This document shows, piece after piece, positions 49,860 to 62,249 of a stretch of 64,000 nucleotides of DNA (position 1 is its first letter; the number at the start of each line of letters is the position of its first letter). The notes under the pieces are model-generated. The model had not been told where the DNA came from and did no database searches. It saw only the letters and a list, made by a program, of their open reading frames with translations. The position numbers were made by a program, and so were the translations under genes. Source of the stretch: Octopus sinensis (lineage: Eukaryota); assembly GCF_006345805.1 (NCBI RefSeq), contig NW_021834322.1, positions 1-64,000 of the forward strand, read 5' to 3'.

Positions 49860-50247
49860 TCTTTACTCTTTTACTTGTTTCAGTCATTTGACTGCGGCCA
49901 TGCTGGAGCACTGCCTTTAGTCGAGCAACTCGACCCCGTAAGCACAGTACTTATTCTATCGGTCTCTTTTGCCGAACCGCTAAGTGACGGGGACGTAAAC
50001 ACACCAGCATCGGTTGTCAAGCAATGCTAGGGGGACAGACACAAACACACACACACACATACATATATATACATACATATATACGACAGGCTTCTTTCAG
50101 TTTCCGTCTACCAAATCCACTCACAAGGCATTGGTCGGCCCGGGGCTATAGCAGAAGACACTTGCCCAAGATGCCACGCAGTGGGACTGAACCCAGAACC
50201 ATGTGGTTGGTTAGCAAGCTACTTACCATACAGCCACTCCTGCACCT
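49857..50247 (-). mobile_element. SINE family A inserted antisense in the (TA)n linker of another family A copy (49652-49830 and 50385-50625, plus strand)
   Basis: Matches the consensus, with the host halves on either side. Confidence 0.8.
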
Positions 50248-50249
50248 AT

Positions 50250-50336
<87 letters not shown>

Positions 50337-50343
50337 TATATAC

Positions 50344-50393
<50 letters not shown>

Positions 50394-50939
50394 ATGTATG
50401 TGTGTTTGTGTGTCTGTGTTTGTCCCCCAACATCACTTGACAAGCAATGCTGGTGTGTTTACATCCCCATAACTTAGCAGTTCAGCAAAAGAGACCGATA
50501 GAATAAGTACTAAGCTTACAAAGTATAAGTCCTGGGGTCGATGTGCTCGACTAAAAGCGATGCTCCAGCATGGCCACAGTCAAATGACTGAAACAAGTAA
50601 AAGAGTAAAAGAGAATAAAGAGAGTAATGACATACATACATAAGTGCAGGTATGACTGTGGCAAGGACATGGTCCCAGGTTCAGTCCCATTGCATGGCAT
50701 CTTGGGCAAGTGTCTTCTACTATAACCCCAGGCCAACTAAAGCCTTGTGAGTGGCATTCAGCCACAGAAACCAAGTCAAAACAATATTGTAGTCTGGTGC
50801 AACTCACCAACGTATCGGCTCCAGTCAAACCATCCAACACATGACAGCATGGTAAACAGACATTAAATGATGATGAGGAGGAGGAAGTGGAGGAGGAAGT
50901 GGAGGAGGAAGAGGGGGAGGAAGAGGAGGAGGATATATA

Positions 50940-51276
50940 CACAAGGCAGACAAAATTATGGCTAATTTTGTCACTTAATTAGGCACATGCCATAATATGA
51001 TATATGTATGTGTGTGTGTGTTCACATGTTCGTATATATATATATATATATATATGTTTGAGTGTGTGTGTGTGTGTGTGTGTGCGTGCGTATAATACAA
51101 ATTTATATAAAAACAAACACATTTGTATACATGTGTGTGTATACATATGGACAATGATTTATAACATAAGGTAATATATAAGGTATATTGCCTTATGTTA
51201 TAGTCCATTGTCCATATGTATACACACACACACACATGTATACAAATGTGTTTGTTTTTATATAAATATGTATTAT

Positions 51277-51330
<54 letters not shown>

Positions 51331-51432
51331 GTATATATATACAAACATGTGAACACACACACATACATATATCATATTATGGCATGTGCCTAATTAAGTG
51401 ACAAAATTAGCCATAATTTTGTCTGCCTTGTG
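50940..51432. mobile_element. Tc1/mariner-type MITE, almost entirely palindromic
   Basis: TA|CACAAGGCAGACAAAATTATGG...CCATAATTTTGTCTGCCTTGTG|TA; ~240-bp arms and a 5-nt loop (51179-83). Confidence 0.8.
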
Positions 51433-51819
51433 TAGATTTAAGCATTGATTTAAGAATGTTTATTTACATCAGTCATGAGACTAACTTGATTAATGATAAA
51501 GACTGCATTATACAATATGTCCTATATTGTTGCTGTTAATGTTATCTTTTGTTTGTTTCAGTCATTGGACTGCAGCCATTGGATCGCGGCCATGTTGTGG
51601 CCATGCTGGGGCATCATCTTGAAGAATTATAGTCAAACGAATCAATCCTAGTACTTTGGGGGTTTTTTTCTTTTAAGCCAGATACTTATTCTATCAAGTC
51701 TCCTTTGCCAAACTGCTAAGTTATGGGGGTGGGCCATAAACACACCAACATCGGTTGTCAAGTAGGGGTGGGACACAAACACAGACACAAACAAACACAA
51801 CACACATATATAATTTATA

Positions 51820-52127
51820 TGTTGTTGTTTGTTCCTTCTCGAGCCATGCCTGGCTCATAAGGGCCGATTTCCCGGTTTCCTTGGCGTATAGGTTCCCCAC
51901 CTGGACAGGACACTGGTCCATTGCTGGTGAGCTGCAAGATACAGGAGGAAAGAGTGAGAGAAAGTTGTGGCGAAAGAGTCAGCAGAAGTTCGCCATTACC
52001 TTCTGCTGGAGCCGCGTGGAGCTTAGGTGTTTCACTCATAAACATACACAACGCCCGTTCTGAGATTTGAACCCACGATCCCTCGACCACGAGTCCACTG
52101 CTCTAATCTCTTGGCCATGTGCATCCA
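51820..52127 (-). mobile_element. tRNA-derived SINE family E
   Basis: Reverse complement of 58846-59123, with an (AAC)n tail. Confidence 0.8.
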
Positions 52128-52430
52128 CATATAATTTATATAGTTGTTGACTATGGTTAGTCAGAGTTACCAATGGTTTCACACCTACAATGCTCTTAGC
52201 AATTCAAGTGACTTGTCAAACCTGCTGGCGGGAGGCATATAAACTGGATGTAGGAATACAGTCTTGGTCAGTTAGGGTTATAAAAAAGAGAAGCCCAAAA
52301 TGAAATTCTACAAAGCAACATCCCTCCTGGGCAAGCAGAAGTTATACATATATATATGTAAAGTCCTAGTGAGTCAGAAAATAAAAAAAGCATGGGTCCT
52401 TTCAGTGATATGACCCTGCTCGATATGGAG

Positions 52431-52662
52431 AAGGTGGCGTGCTGAGAGAAACGTTAGCACGCCGGATGAAATGCGTAGCCATATTTCATCTGCCATTACG
52501 TTCTGAGTTCAAATTCCGCCGAGGTCGACTTTGCCTTTCATCCTTTCGGGGTCGATAAATTAAGTACCAGTTATGCACTGGGGTGGATATAATCGACTTG
52601 ATCTGTTTGTATGTTCTTGTTTGTACCCTCTATGTTTAGCCCCTTGTGGGTAGTAAAGAAAT
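52431..52662 (+). mobile_element. SINE family B
   Basis: Matches the family consensus. Confidence 0.8.
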
Positions 52663-52678
52663 AGATATGTAAGAAGGG

Positions 52679-53215
52679 CATTGGTAGAAATTCCATGCAT
52701 GGTAGCCAGTGCAAGCTTTGGACACATAAGAGGTGTAGTGGTATCATGGAAATATTAACAGAGAAAATAGTCTTTGTGTGTGGCAAATGTGCAGGTATAG
52801 TAATCACTAAAAATGCATAGACTCCCTAAAATGATTGGGGGATCATTAGAAGTAGGAGATAGCTTCTGTTGCCTAGGAGACCAAGTTAGTATTGGGGGAG
52901 AACGTTCTGAAAGTGTCGTTGCTAGAATAAGATTGGGCTGGTCAAAGTTCATAGAGTTTCCACCTTTGATGGTAACTAAGGTGCTGTCCATCGGAGTGAA
53001 AGGTAGGTTGTATGATGCCTGTGTATGTACAGCTATGTTGCACGACAGTGAAACATAGAATTTGATTATAGAAGACTTGCAAAAGCTTGAAAGAAATGAA
53101 GCCAGCATGCTCTGCTGGATGGGTAGTGTCAGTGCGCATACACAAGAGAGTGTGAATGATTTAAGGTATAAGAGGCATCAGATATTGTGTGCAAGAGAGA
53201 AGACTGTGCTAGTTT
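52679..53215 (+). mobile_element. RTE-X-like LINE RT fragment with a PHD-like Cys cluster
   Basis: CKLWTHKRCSG...FVCGKC; LEVGDSFCCLGDQVS...ARIRLGWSKF...VKGRLYDACVCTAMLHDSET...LERNEASMLCWM. Confidence 0.75.
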
Positions 53216-53254
53216 GTATATATATAGATGTACATGTAATATGTACACATATAT

Positions 53255-53300
53255 ACATGCACTAGCACTATGACCCGACAACAACGGGTCATAATGCTAG
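53255..53300 (+). mobile_element. Helitron 3' end, same family as 1040-1404
   Basis: catgcactagcactATGACCCG-acaacaa-CGGGTCATaatgCTAG|T. Confidence 0.7.
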
Positions 53301-53382
53301 TATATATATATATATATATACCCACACATACACACGTGCATGCACACACACATATATAAACACACATATAAGGAGGAGACCC

Positions 53383-53590
53383 CCTTTGGTCATGACTGAC
53401 CATGGGATTGCACCTAGAAAGTTACCCTCTGAGACACAAGTCAGGGCAAGATTGCTTATGGAAGACCAGCAGTCACCCATGCACACCAGCCTCCCCTTTC
53501 TGTGCCACCGCTGTTATCCAAAAGAAAGGCAAAGGGGCCAATACAGCTTGGCACTTGTGATGTTGCAACTCATTTCTACAGCTGTGCCTT
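53383..53590 (-). mobile_element. SINE family D, 3' part
   Basis: Matches the 57185-57508 family. Confidence 0.7.
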
Positions 53591-53655
53591 CACAAACATA
53601 TGTGTGTGTAAAACATACATATACTCACACACACACACACAGACACACACGTGTT

Positions 53656-54643
53656 CAGGGGTCAGACAAAATAATGAAAATACCTTGCATCATAGCATCA
53701 TAATTTTGAAATATCTATAAAACCATCAAAGTTTGTTTATTTTTATGCTTTCTGATTTATTAATAGTGTTGCTTAAGATGTTTTGCTAAAATTGATGTTT
53801 CTTTTCAGATATCATCAGAAAAAGGTAATTAAAATTCATTAAAAGGACAGATCTATCAGACTTTGAAAGAGGTCAAATTGTTGGTGCTCGTATGGCAGGC
53901 GCTAGCGTAATGAAAGCAGTTGAAATGTTTGGTTTATCAAGAAGTAGTGACTCGAAAGTAATGACAACCTTTGAGAAAGAGGGAAAAACTTTGTCAAAAC
54001 AAAACTCCGGAAGAAAACCAAAACTTTCAGATAGGAACCATCGGATTCTTACGCGAATTGTTAAAAAGTATCACAAAAGTACAGCTCCCAAAATTACTGC
54101 AGAGCTTAATGACTACCTCGAGAACCCAGTTTCCACAAAAACTGTTTGCTGGGAGCTGCACAAAGCTGGGTGCAATCAGAAAGCCATTGCTTTCAAAAAC
54201 AAACATTGCAAAGCATTTAGAGTGGAGTAAAACCCTACAGAATTGGTCCCTGGAGCAGTGGAAGAATGTTATTTTCTTGGACGAGTCATCCTTTACCGTA
54301 TTTCCAACCACTGGTTGAGTATACATGTGGAGAGAGCCAAAAGAAGCATTTGACCCAGACTGCCTTCTTCCAACTGTTAAACATGGAGGAGGATCTGTGA
54401 TTATCTGGAAGGGCTATATCTTGGGAATTCACCAGCCCAATGGTTTCCCTTCATGGCAGAATTAATAGTCAAGACTATTTAAACATTTTATCTGTTCAAA
54501 TTCATCCTATGTTTGCAGAACTGTTTCCGGGGGGAAACACAATCTTTCAGGATGATAATGCACCAATTCACACAGCTAAAGTTGTTACTGAATGGCATGA
54601 AGAACATTCTAGTGAAGTTGAGCATCTTATCTGGCCACCACAA
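53656..54643 (+). mobile_element. Tc1-family transposon relic (left TIR plus most of the transposase)
   Basis: TIR caggggtcagacaaaataatg; DLSDFERGQIVGARMAGAS...GRKPKLS; IFLDESSF; IFQDDNAPIHTAK...WPPQ. Frameshifted and truncated before SPDLN by a SINE. Confidence 0.9.
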
Positions 54644-55468
54644 GGCTTTGGTCAGCCCAAGGCTAGAGTGAAAGACACTAGTTCATGTTGTCATGCAGTA
54701 AGACTGAACCTGGAACCATGTCGTTGGGAAGCAGACTCCTTACCACAAAGCCACACCTTGCCAGCTGTCTCTGTTACTGCAGTTTTTTGGCCCCAGGCTG
54801 ACCAAAGCCTTGTGGGTGGATTTGTTAGACAAAAACTGAAAGAAGCCCATCGTATATATGTATGTATGTATATATATATATATATCATCATCATCGTTTA
54901 TGTATGGGGGTGTATATGTTTGTGTGTATGTTTTTGTCCCCCCCCCAGCATCACTTGACGATCGATGCTGGTGTGTTTACGTCCCTGTAACTTAGCGGTT
55001 CGGCAAAAGAGACCAATAGAATAAGTACTAGGCTTACAAAGAATAAGTCCTGGGGTCGATGTGCTTGACTAAAAGCGGTGGTCCAGCATGGCCACAGTCA
55101 AATGACTGAAATAAATAAAAGAGTAAAGAGTATATATGTGTATATATATCATCATCATCATCATCATCGTTTAGTGTCCGCTTTCCATGCTAGCATGGGT
55201 TGGACGGGTCAACTGGGGTCTGGGAAGCCAGAAGGCTGCACCAGGCCCAGTTTAATCTGGCAGTGATTCTACGGCTGGATGCCCTTCCTAACGCCGAATA
55301 TATATATATATATATATATAAGTTGAGTTAAAATTTAGATTCAGATGAATATGGTACTTACGTTGAAGGCACCAGAATTTAGTATGGTATTATCCATATA
55401 ATTTAAAATAAGGTGATTATAATCAAAATAAGCAACATTACCTCTGGATATCCTTGTTGCTTATTTTA

Positions 55469-55509
<41 letters not shown>

Positions 55510-55939
55510 AGGAAGAGAGTGGAAACTCACCACAGGGCAAGTGGACAGCAGAAGTCTTAATCTTCAAAAGAAGAACTCCTGCAAAGCAAAATTTTTTACC
55601 TGTTAGTTCCTGACGCTCTAAGGGAGCCAGGCTCACCCATATAGTAACTCCCAGATGTCCTTCTACTATTAATATATAAATGCCACCTTCAGTGGGGATT
55701 GAACCTGAAATTTTGGGGATGAGCTTATTGCTCAGCCACTCAAGCCATATGACTTTTTGCTGTTCCAAACTAGGTTCCTTTCCTCCTATGTTTAGTGGCT
55801 TGCTCTATTCCTTTTCAGTTCCATCCATCCTGTCTTTTTGTCCATAACCATATTCAGCTCTTCTCACCTGTCTCTGACAGGTGTCTCTTTATCGTTATTC
55901 TTTTGCAACATTTGATTCTTAGCTGACCAAGTACTTGGC

Positions 55940-56400
55940 ACAAGACACCATGACAAACCAAGCTGGTCAAGTAGTTGGCAGATGGATGCTGTGAGAAACT
56001 GAGCTGACCTCGGAGTGACCACATAGATGCTGCAACAAAGATGACCTTGGAGTGGCCACATAGATGCTGCAACAAAGATGACCTTGGAGTGACCACATAG
56101 ATGCTGCAACAAAGATGACCTTGGAGTGGCCACATAGATGCTGTCACAAACCATGATGACCTGGTGGTTGGCAGATGGATGCTGTGATAAACCAAGCTGA
56201 CCAAGTAGTGGTCACTGGTTACTGTAACAAACTAAGCTGACCTGTAGTTCACACACAGACAACGTAACAAACCCAGCTGACCAAGCAGTTGGCACATTGA
56301 TGCTGTGACAAGCTCCAATGACCTAGTAGTTGGTGTATGGATGCTTCGATAAATTAAGCTGACTGAGGAGTGGCCACAGAGATGCTGTTAGAAAGGAAAT
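55940..56400. repeat. 37-bp minisatellite; homogeneous core at about 56000-56145 with degenerate flanks
   Basis: Unit atagatgctgcaacaaagatgaccttggagtggccac. Confidence 0.8.
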
Positions 56401-57184
56401 TGACCTAGCAGTTGACACATGGACACTAAAACAAACTGAAGTGAATGCTATAACAAACATGTATAAATGGAAAACGAAGAAAAATGGTTGAGAGAAAGAA
56501 GAAACCAATTTTTGAAGCGTATCAGAGAGAGGTCCAAGAGTACATGAAGTACAGCGATGACTGTACAACTATTACCTAATATTCTAAAATAATATACACC
56601 CAAGAATAATTAAATTAAACTAAACTATATTAACATAACACACGACGAAATATTAAAATTATTACCAATAAAATCAATAAAATTAAATAATCTATTTTAT
56701 ACTCAAATGGAATTAAAAATTCATACTATTAAGATACTTATTATTTCTTTGATCTGAGACCTCCTTCGGTCACGACACAGACCATGGGATTGAACCTAGA
56801 AAGTTAGCCTCCCAGTCACAAGTCCGGGCAAGGCTGTTTATGGTAGACCAGCAGTCGAAACCACACACTCATATTTTATGCTTGTTTAGAGGGCAATTTG
56901 ATGAAATCAACCACTAATTAAATCCCTGGTGTCTGTCTTATATTACTAACCCTGGAAGAATGAAAGATAGATGTTGACCTTAACAGCATATGGAATTACA
57001 AACCAAACTTCTTATCAGACAACCACACCTGCACCTACCAATATTCAATTACAAAAATGTAATAGAATTTTTTTAGACATTGAATGGCCAGGAGGGTCCA
57101 CCCAAGTAAAAGAGGAATCAAAGGGGTGCATAGGTAGGAAAATGGTTGAGAACCACTAATCTAGCAGTTATATCTGACACTGCT

Positions 57185-57508
57185 GAGACCCACTTCAGTC
57201 ATGACTGACCATGGGATTGCATCTAGAAAGTTACCCTCCCAGGCACAAGTCCGGGCAAGGTTGTTTATGGAAGACCAGCAATCGCCCATGCATACAGGCC
57301 TCCCCTCTCCATGCCACGAGTGTTATCCAAAGGAAAGGCAAAGGGGCTGATAGAACTTGGCACCTGTGACATCACAGCTGAGTGATCTGAAACAACGTGA
57401 AATAAAGTGCCTTGCTCAAGAACACAACACGCAGCCCCATCCGGGATTCAAACTCATTACCTCAAGATCGTAAGCTCGATACTCTAACCACTGAGCCATG
57501 TGCCTTCA
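57185..57508 (-). mobile_element. tRNA-derived SINE family D (V-SINE-like central domain), full length; further copies at 58020-58320 and 58552-59175
   Basis: Minus-strand head aaggcacatggctcagtggttagag..., then gtgttcttgagcaag(g)cactttatttcacgttg. Confidence 0.8.
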
Positions 57509-57532
57509 CTTATATGTGTGTGTGTGTGTGTG

Positions 57533-57585
<53 letters not shown>

Positions 57586-57586
<1 letters not shown>

Positions 57587-57990
57587 AGGCGCAGGAGTGG
57601 CTGTGTCGTAAGTAGCTTGCTAACCAACCACATGGTTCCGGGTTCAGTCCCACTGCGTGGCATCTTGGACAAGTCTCTTCTGCTATAGCCCTTGGCCGAC
57701 CAATGCCTTGTGAGTAGATTTGGTAGACGGAAACTGAAAGAAGCCTGTCGTATATATGTATATATATATGTGTGTGTGTGTTTGTGTGTCTGTGTTTGTC
57801 TCCCTAGCATTGCTTGACGACCGATGCTGGTGTGTTTACGTCTCCGTCACTTAGCGGTTCGGCAAAAGAGACCGATAGAATAAGTACTGGGCTTACAAAG
57901 AATAAGTCCCGGGGTCGATTTGCTCGACTAAAGGCGGTGCTCCAGCATGGCCACAGTGAAATGACTGAAACAAGTAAAAGAGAAAAGAGA
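57586..57990 (+). mobile_element. SINE family A, full length
   Basis: Matches the family consensus. Confidence 0.85.
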
Positions 57991-58845
57991 ATATATATAT
58001 ATATATATATATATATGCTGAGACCCCTTTTAGTCATGAATGACCATGGCTTGCACCTAGAAAGTTAGCCTCCCAGGCACAAGTCTGGCCAAGGTTGTTT
58101 ATGGAAGACCAGCACTCATGTTACCCAAGGGAAAGGCAAAGGGGCTGATACAGCTTGGCACCAGTGACGTCGCAACTCATTTCTACAGCTGAGTGAACAG
58201 GAGCAACGTGAAATAAAGTGTCTTGCTCAAGAACACAACACGCATCCCAGTCCGGGATTTGAACTCACAACCTCACGATCGTAAGCTCGACGCTCTAACC
58301 ACTGAGCCATGCACCTTCACATGCATTACCAATAGTATGTTAGTCTTGTTACCAACACCTTTTCACTGTAAAACAGAAGATTGCTACAGCTTCTCTATTC
58401 TGTTCCAAACAACAATTTGTAACAGACAAATAAAATCTGTAAGAATTTTTCTTTTTCGTTCTCTTAATTCATTTGGGACACATCACATTATCCCATAAAG
58501 TTTTAACTAATCTAATATTGTTTCTAAAAATTAGGGTAAAAGGGCAAAAACCCCCTTCGGTCATGACTGACCATGGGATTGCACCTAGAAAGTTCCCTTC
58601 CAAAGTACAAGTCCAGGCAAGTTTGTTTATGGAAGACCAACAGTCGCCCACGCATACAAGCCTCCACCTCTCCACACCACCAGTGTTATCCAAGGGAAAG
58701 GCAAAGGGACCAATATGGCTTGGCACCAGTGACGTTGCAACTCATTTCTACAGCTGAGTGAACTGGAGCAATGTGAAATAAAGTGTCTTGCTCAAGAACA
58801 CAACACAGCCTGCTCTGGGAATAGAACTCACTACCTCATGATTGT

Positions 58846-59123
58846 AGAGGCACATGGCCTAGTGGTTAGAGCAGCGGACTCGCAGTCGAGGGATCGCAGG
58901 TTCGAATCTAAGACCGGGCAATGTGTGTGTTTATGAGTGAAACACCAAAGCTCCACACGGCTCCAGCAGATGGTAATGGCGAACTTCTACTGACTCTTTC
59001 GTCACAACTTTCTCTCACTTTTTCCTCCTGCATCTTGCAGCTCACCTGCAACAGATCAGGATCCTGTCCAAGGAAACCAGGAAACTAGCCCTTATGAGCC
59101 AGGCATGGCTCAAGAAGGAACAA
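58846..59123 (+). mobile_element. SINE family E inserted in the head of a family D SINE, 13-bp TSD
   Basis: acctcatgattgt at 58833-45 and 59124-36; A box tggcctagtgg, B box ggttcgaatc. Confidence 0.85.
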
Positions 59124-59420
59124 ACCTCATGATTGTGAGCCTGACGTTTTACCCACTGAGCTATGTGCTTTCACACTATTAGGTAACATATACGGGTCAC
59201 ATCATCTCCCAGAAAGAGTGATATGCATCTAAAAACCCTTAAAGTTGCTACAAAATTTTGGGCCTCATATTTCATATTCACTAAAGATCACAATATCAAA
59301 ATATCCACTTCCTTGATAGAACAAAGAACTATGTCTTAAAAACTGGCTTCCCCTTCAGGGCCAGAAAAAGTTTAAAAAAAAGAATTTTATCCCTTGCCAG
59401 CTATTCATCATCATCATTAC

Positions 59421-59457
<37 letters not shown>

Positions 59458-60087
59458 GTCAGTCATCACCACCACCACCATCACTACCACCACCACTGCC
59501 ATCATTATCATCACCATCATCGTCATCATTACCATTATCATCATCATCCTCTTCATCATCATCATCATCATCATCATCAATCCCTGAACATTATCATCTC
59601 AAATCCTGACTCATGGGGCTAGTTATTTGATCCCCAAGGCATAGAAATTACTGAGATCACAACATTTTCCCCACCTCCACCCAAAACCCAGTACTAGTCC
59701 ATCACAGGGTTCATCCATTTACAGCTGGGTAAGTTGATTACATCGACCCCAGTGCTCAACTGTTGCTCACTTTCACCAACCCTTAAAGGATGAAAGCCAA
59801 AGGTCGACCTCAGCAGGATTTGAACTCAGAATGTGAAGAATGATGAAATGTCGCTAAGCATTTTCATGCATTCAAATTTTGGCAGAAGGCCAGGAATTCT
59901 TGGAGAGGGCTTAAGCTGATTACATTGACCCCAGAGCATAACTGGTACTTATTTTTTTGAACCCGAGAGGATGAAAAGTAAAGTTGACTTCAGCAGAATT
60001 TGAACTCAGAACGTAAAGATAAACAAAATACCACTATGCATTTTGTTCACTGTGCTAACAATTCTGCCAGTTCACTACCTTCATTAG

Positions 60088-60582
60088 CATCTTGAAAGAG
60101 TCCAGAAGCTGGCTACCTGCATGGTTCTTGGTCTCAAGAATTTGTCTTATGAAGAAAGGCTGAAGACGCTCGACCGTTATTCTCTAGAAAGACGACGACA
60201 TCGTGGTGATCTCATTCTCACTCACAACATCATAAGCAGAAAGTGTAACCTCTCGAAAGAGTTGTTCTTCACTCCTGCTCCAGAGCGTCGGCTGCGGGGT
60301 CACTCCTAAAAGCTCTATCTGCGACGATTTCATCTCAATCGAAGGAGAGGGGCTTTCTCCGTCCGGGTTGAGGATCCGTGGAATAAGCTGTCGAACGAGA
60401 TGGTGAAGATGCCGACGACCGCTCGGTTCAAAGTCTCCCTTGACCACAAGTGACCTGAACTCTTTACATGAACACCACCCTGTACATAACTCCATGTCTC
60501 CCTACATGGCCTTGCATTTTGCTTTTCGAGCCAAAAATTAACTAATTAACTAACTAAAAAATAATTAACTAATTAACTAACT
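60088..60582 (+). mobile_element. CR1 LINE 3' end
   Basis: LERVQKLATCMVLGLKNLSYEERLKTLDRYSLERRRHRGDLI...RGHS*KL...AFSVRVEDPWNKL; (TAAC)-type tail. Confidence 0.9.
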
Positions 60583-60832
60583 TAGAATATTAAATATAAT
60601 ATAATAGAGATGCAGCACGGAATTTTGTCAGTGAACAGGTTGCAGTTTCAAAGCAACGAAAATATTTTAGTAAATTAAATTTAAATGTTGAAGTGAGTCT
60701 AACGCTTTTTGTGTGTTTCTTAAATGGCTTATAAACACCTTCCATGCTGCAATTGTTTTTGTTTCAGCACACGATCTCAGATCAGGTCACTTGCTATGCA
60801 AGTACATTTCAGTAATATTACAATACTATTTA

Positions 60833-61057
60833 GGGCAGCAAGCTGGCAAATCGTTAGCATGCCAGGTGAAACAGCGGTTATGTCTGCCATTACATTCTGA
60901 GTTCAAATTCCGCCGAGGTCGACTTTGCCTTTGATCCTTTCGGGGTCGATAAATTAAGAACCAGTTACGAACTGGAGTTGATATAATTGACTTAATCCCT
61001 TTGTCTGTCCTTGTTTGTCTCCTCTATGTTTAGCCCCCTGTAGGCAATAAAGAAATA
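60833..61057 (+). mobile_element. SINE family B (another copy at 61602-61824)
   Basis: Matches the family consensus. Confidence 0.8.
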
Positions 61058-61113
61058 GATATTACAATATTTAATAAATCTCTGAACGAGGTATAAACAG
61101 TAACTGCATGACA

Positions 61114-61516
61114 ATGTGAAGTATATTTGCCACTTAAATGTGGCTAACCACTAAGGGTGGATGTTACTGTAGCTTGTAGCCCCAGGAGAATATCTTCTCC
61201 AGCTGGCTACTGACACACTTTCTGTGCCCTATTGGTATTTGCAAAGGGGAGTTATCCTTCCCATCGTCGACCTGGCGTGATACACACAGACCCGGGTTTC
61301 TGATATTTACCAGTCATCAGTGCAGAAACCCAGAAACCCGGGTCCGTGCATATCACGCTGGGTCACCGATGGGAAGGATGGTTTCCCTTTGCAAATACTG
61401 ATAGAGCACAGAAAGTGTGTCAATAGCCAGCTGGAGATGTTCTCCTAGGACTACAAGCTACAGTAACATCCACCCTTAGTGGTTAGCCACATTTAGATGG
61501 CAAATATACTTCACAT
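61114..61516. repeat. ~400-bp fold-back with ~185-bp arms
   Basis: tgtgaagtatatttgcc...gggtttctg / cagaaaccc...ggcaaatatacttcaca, with a loop of about 28 nt. Confidence 0.9.
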
Positions 61517-62249
61517 ATTACAATATTGTTATGTGCATATTGGTGTCGTTGTTGTTGTTGTAGGTGGTGGTGGTGGTGGTGTCAAAGCTATTGTTGGGAA
61601 AACTGGCAGAAACGTTAGCACGCCAGGCGAAATGCTTTGCGGTATTTCGTCTGTCGTTACGTTCTGAGTTCAAATTCCGCCGAGGTCGACTTTGCCTTTC
61701 ATCCTTTTGGGGTCGATAAATAAAGTACCAGTTTCGCACTGGGGTCGATGTAATCGGCTTAATCCGTTTGTCTGTCCTTGTTTGTCCCCTCTGTGTTTAG
61801 CTCCTTGTGGGTAGTAAAGAAATATATTGTTGTGATTTCTATATTTCTTTTTGTTTTTGTTTTTATTGCTGTTGTTGTTTTTTTGTGGTTGTTGCTGCAG
61901 TTGCTGTGGTCATTAGGGTTAGGTTGTTCTAATCAACAATAATTGTTTTTGTTCACACTAGCTACAAGTCAACCAAAATTAATAAAGATTTCCATCCATG
62001 ACCATCAAGTAAGATATTCAGACACAGATGCAAGAAACATAAGGGCTTGTATGTAGGATTACATTGTCTGATATGTCCTTCCATTTCACCCTTTTTAAAT
62101 ACCCTTGGGTGTTATTGAAAGGAGATTAGGCTGCTATTTCTAACAGCTAAGAAACCACAATGTCTGTCTCATGGCTGTTATTAGTGTTGTTGTTGTTGTT
62201 GTTGTAGGTGGTGATAAAGGTAGTGGTTTGGTTGTAGTGTCCTGGTAAC

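Noticed and set aside
55350-55450. Minus-strand open stretch GNVAYFDYNHLILNYMDNTILNSGAFN ending at a GTAAGT donor
   Set aside because: The acceptor lacks a polypyrimidine tract, I recognise no homology, and the phase does not fit the IA-2 exon.
58846-58920. tRNA gene
   Set aside because: A and B boxes are present, but it continues into a SINE body with a tail and a 13-bp TSD. The same applies to the other SINE heads.
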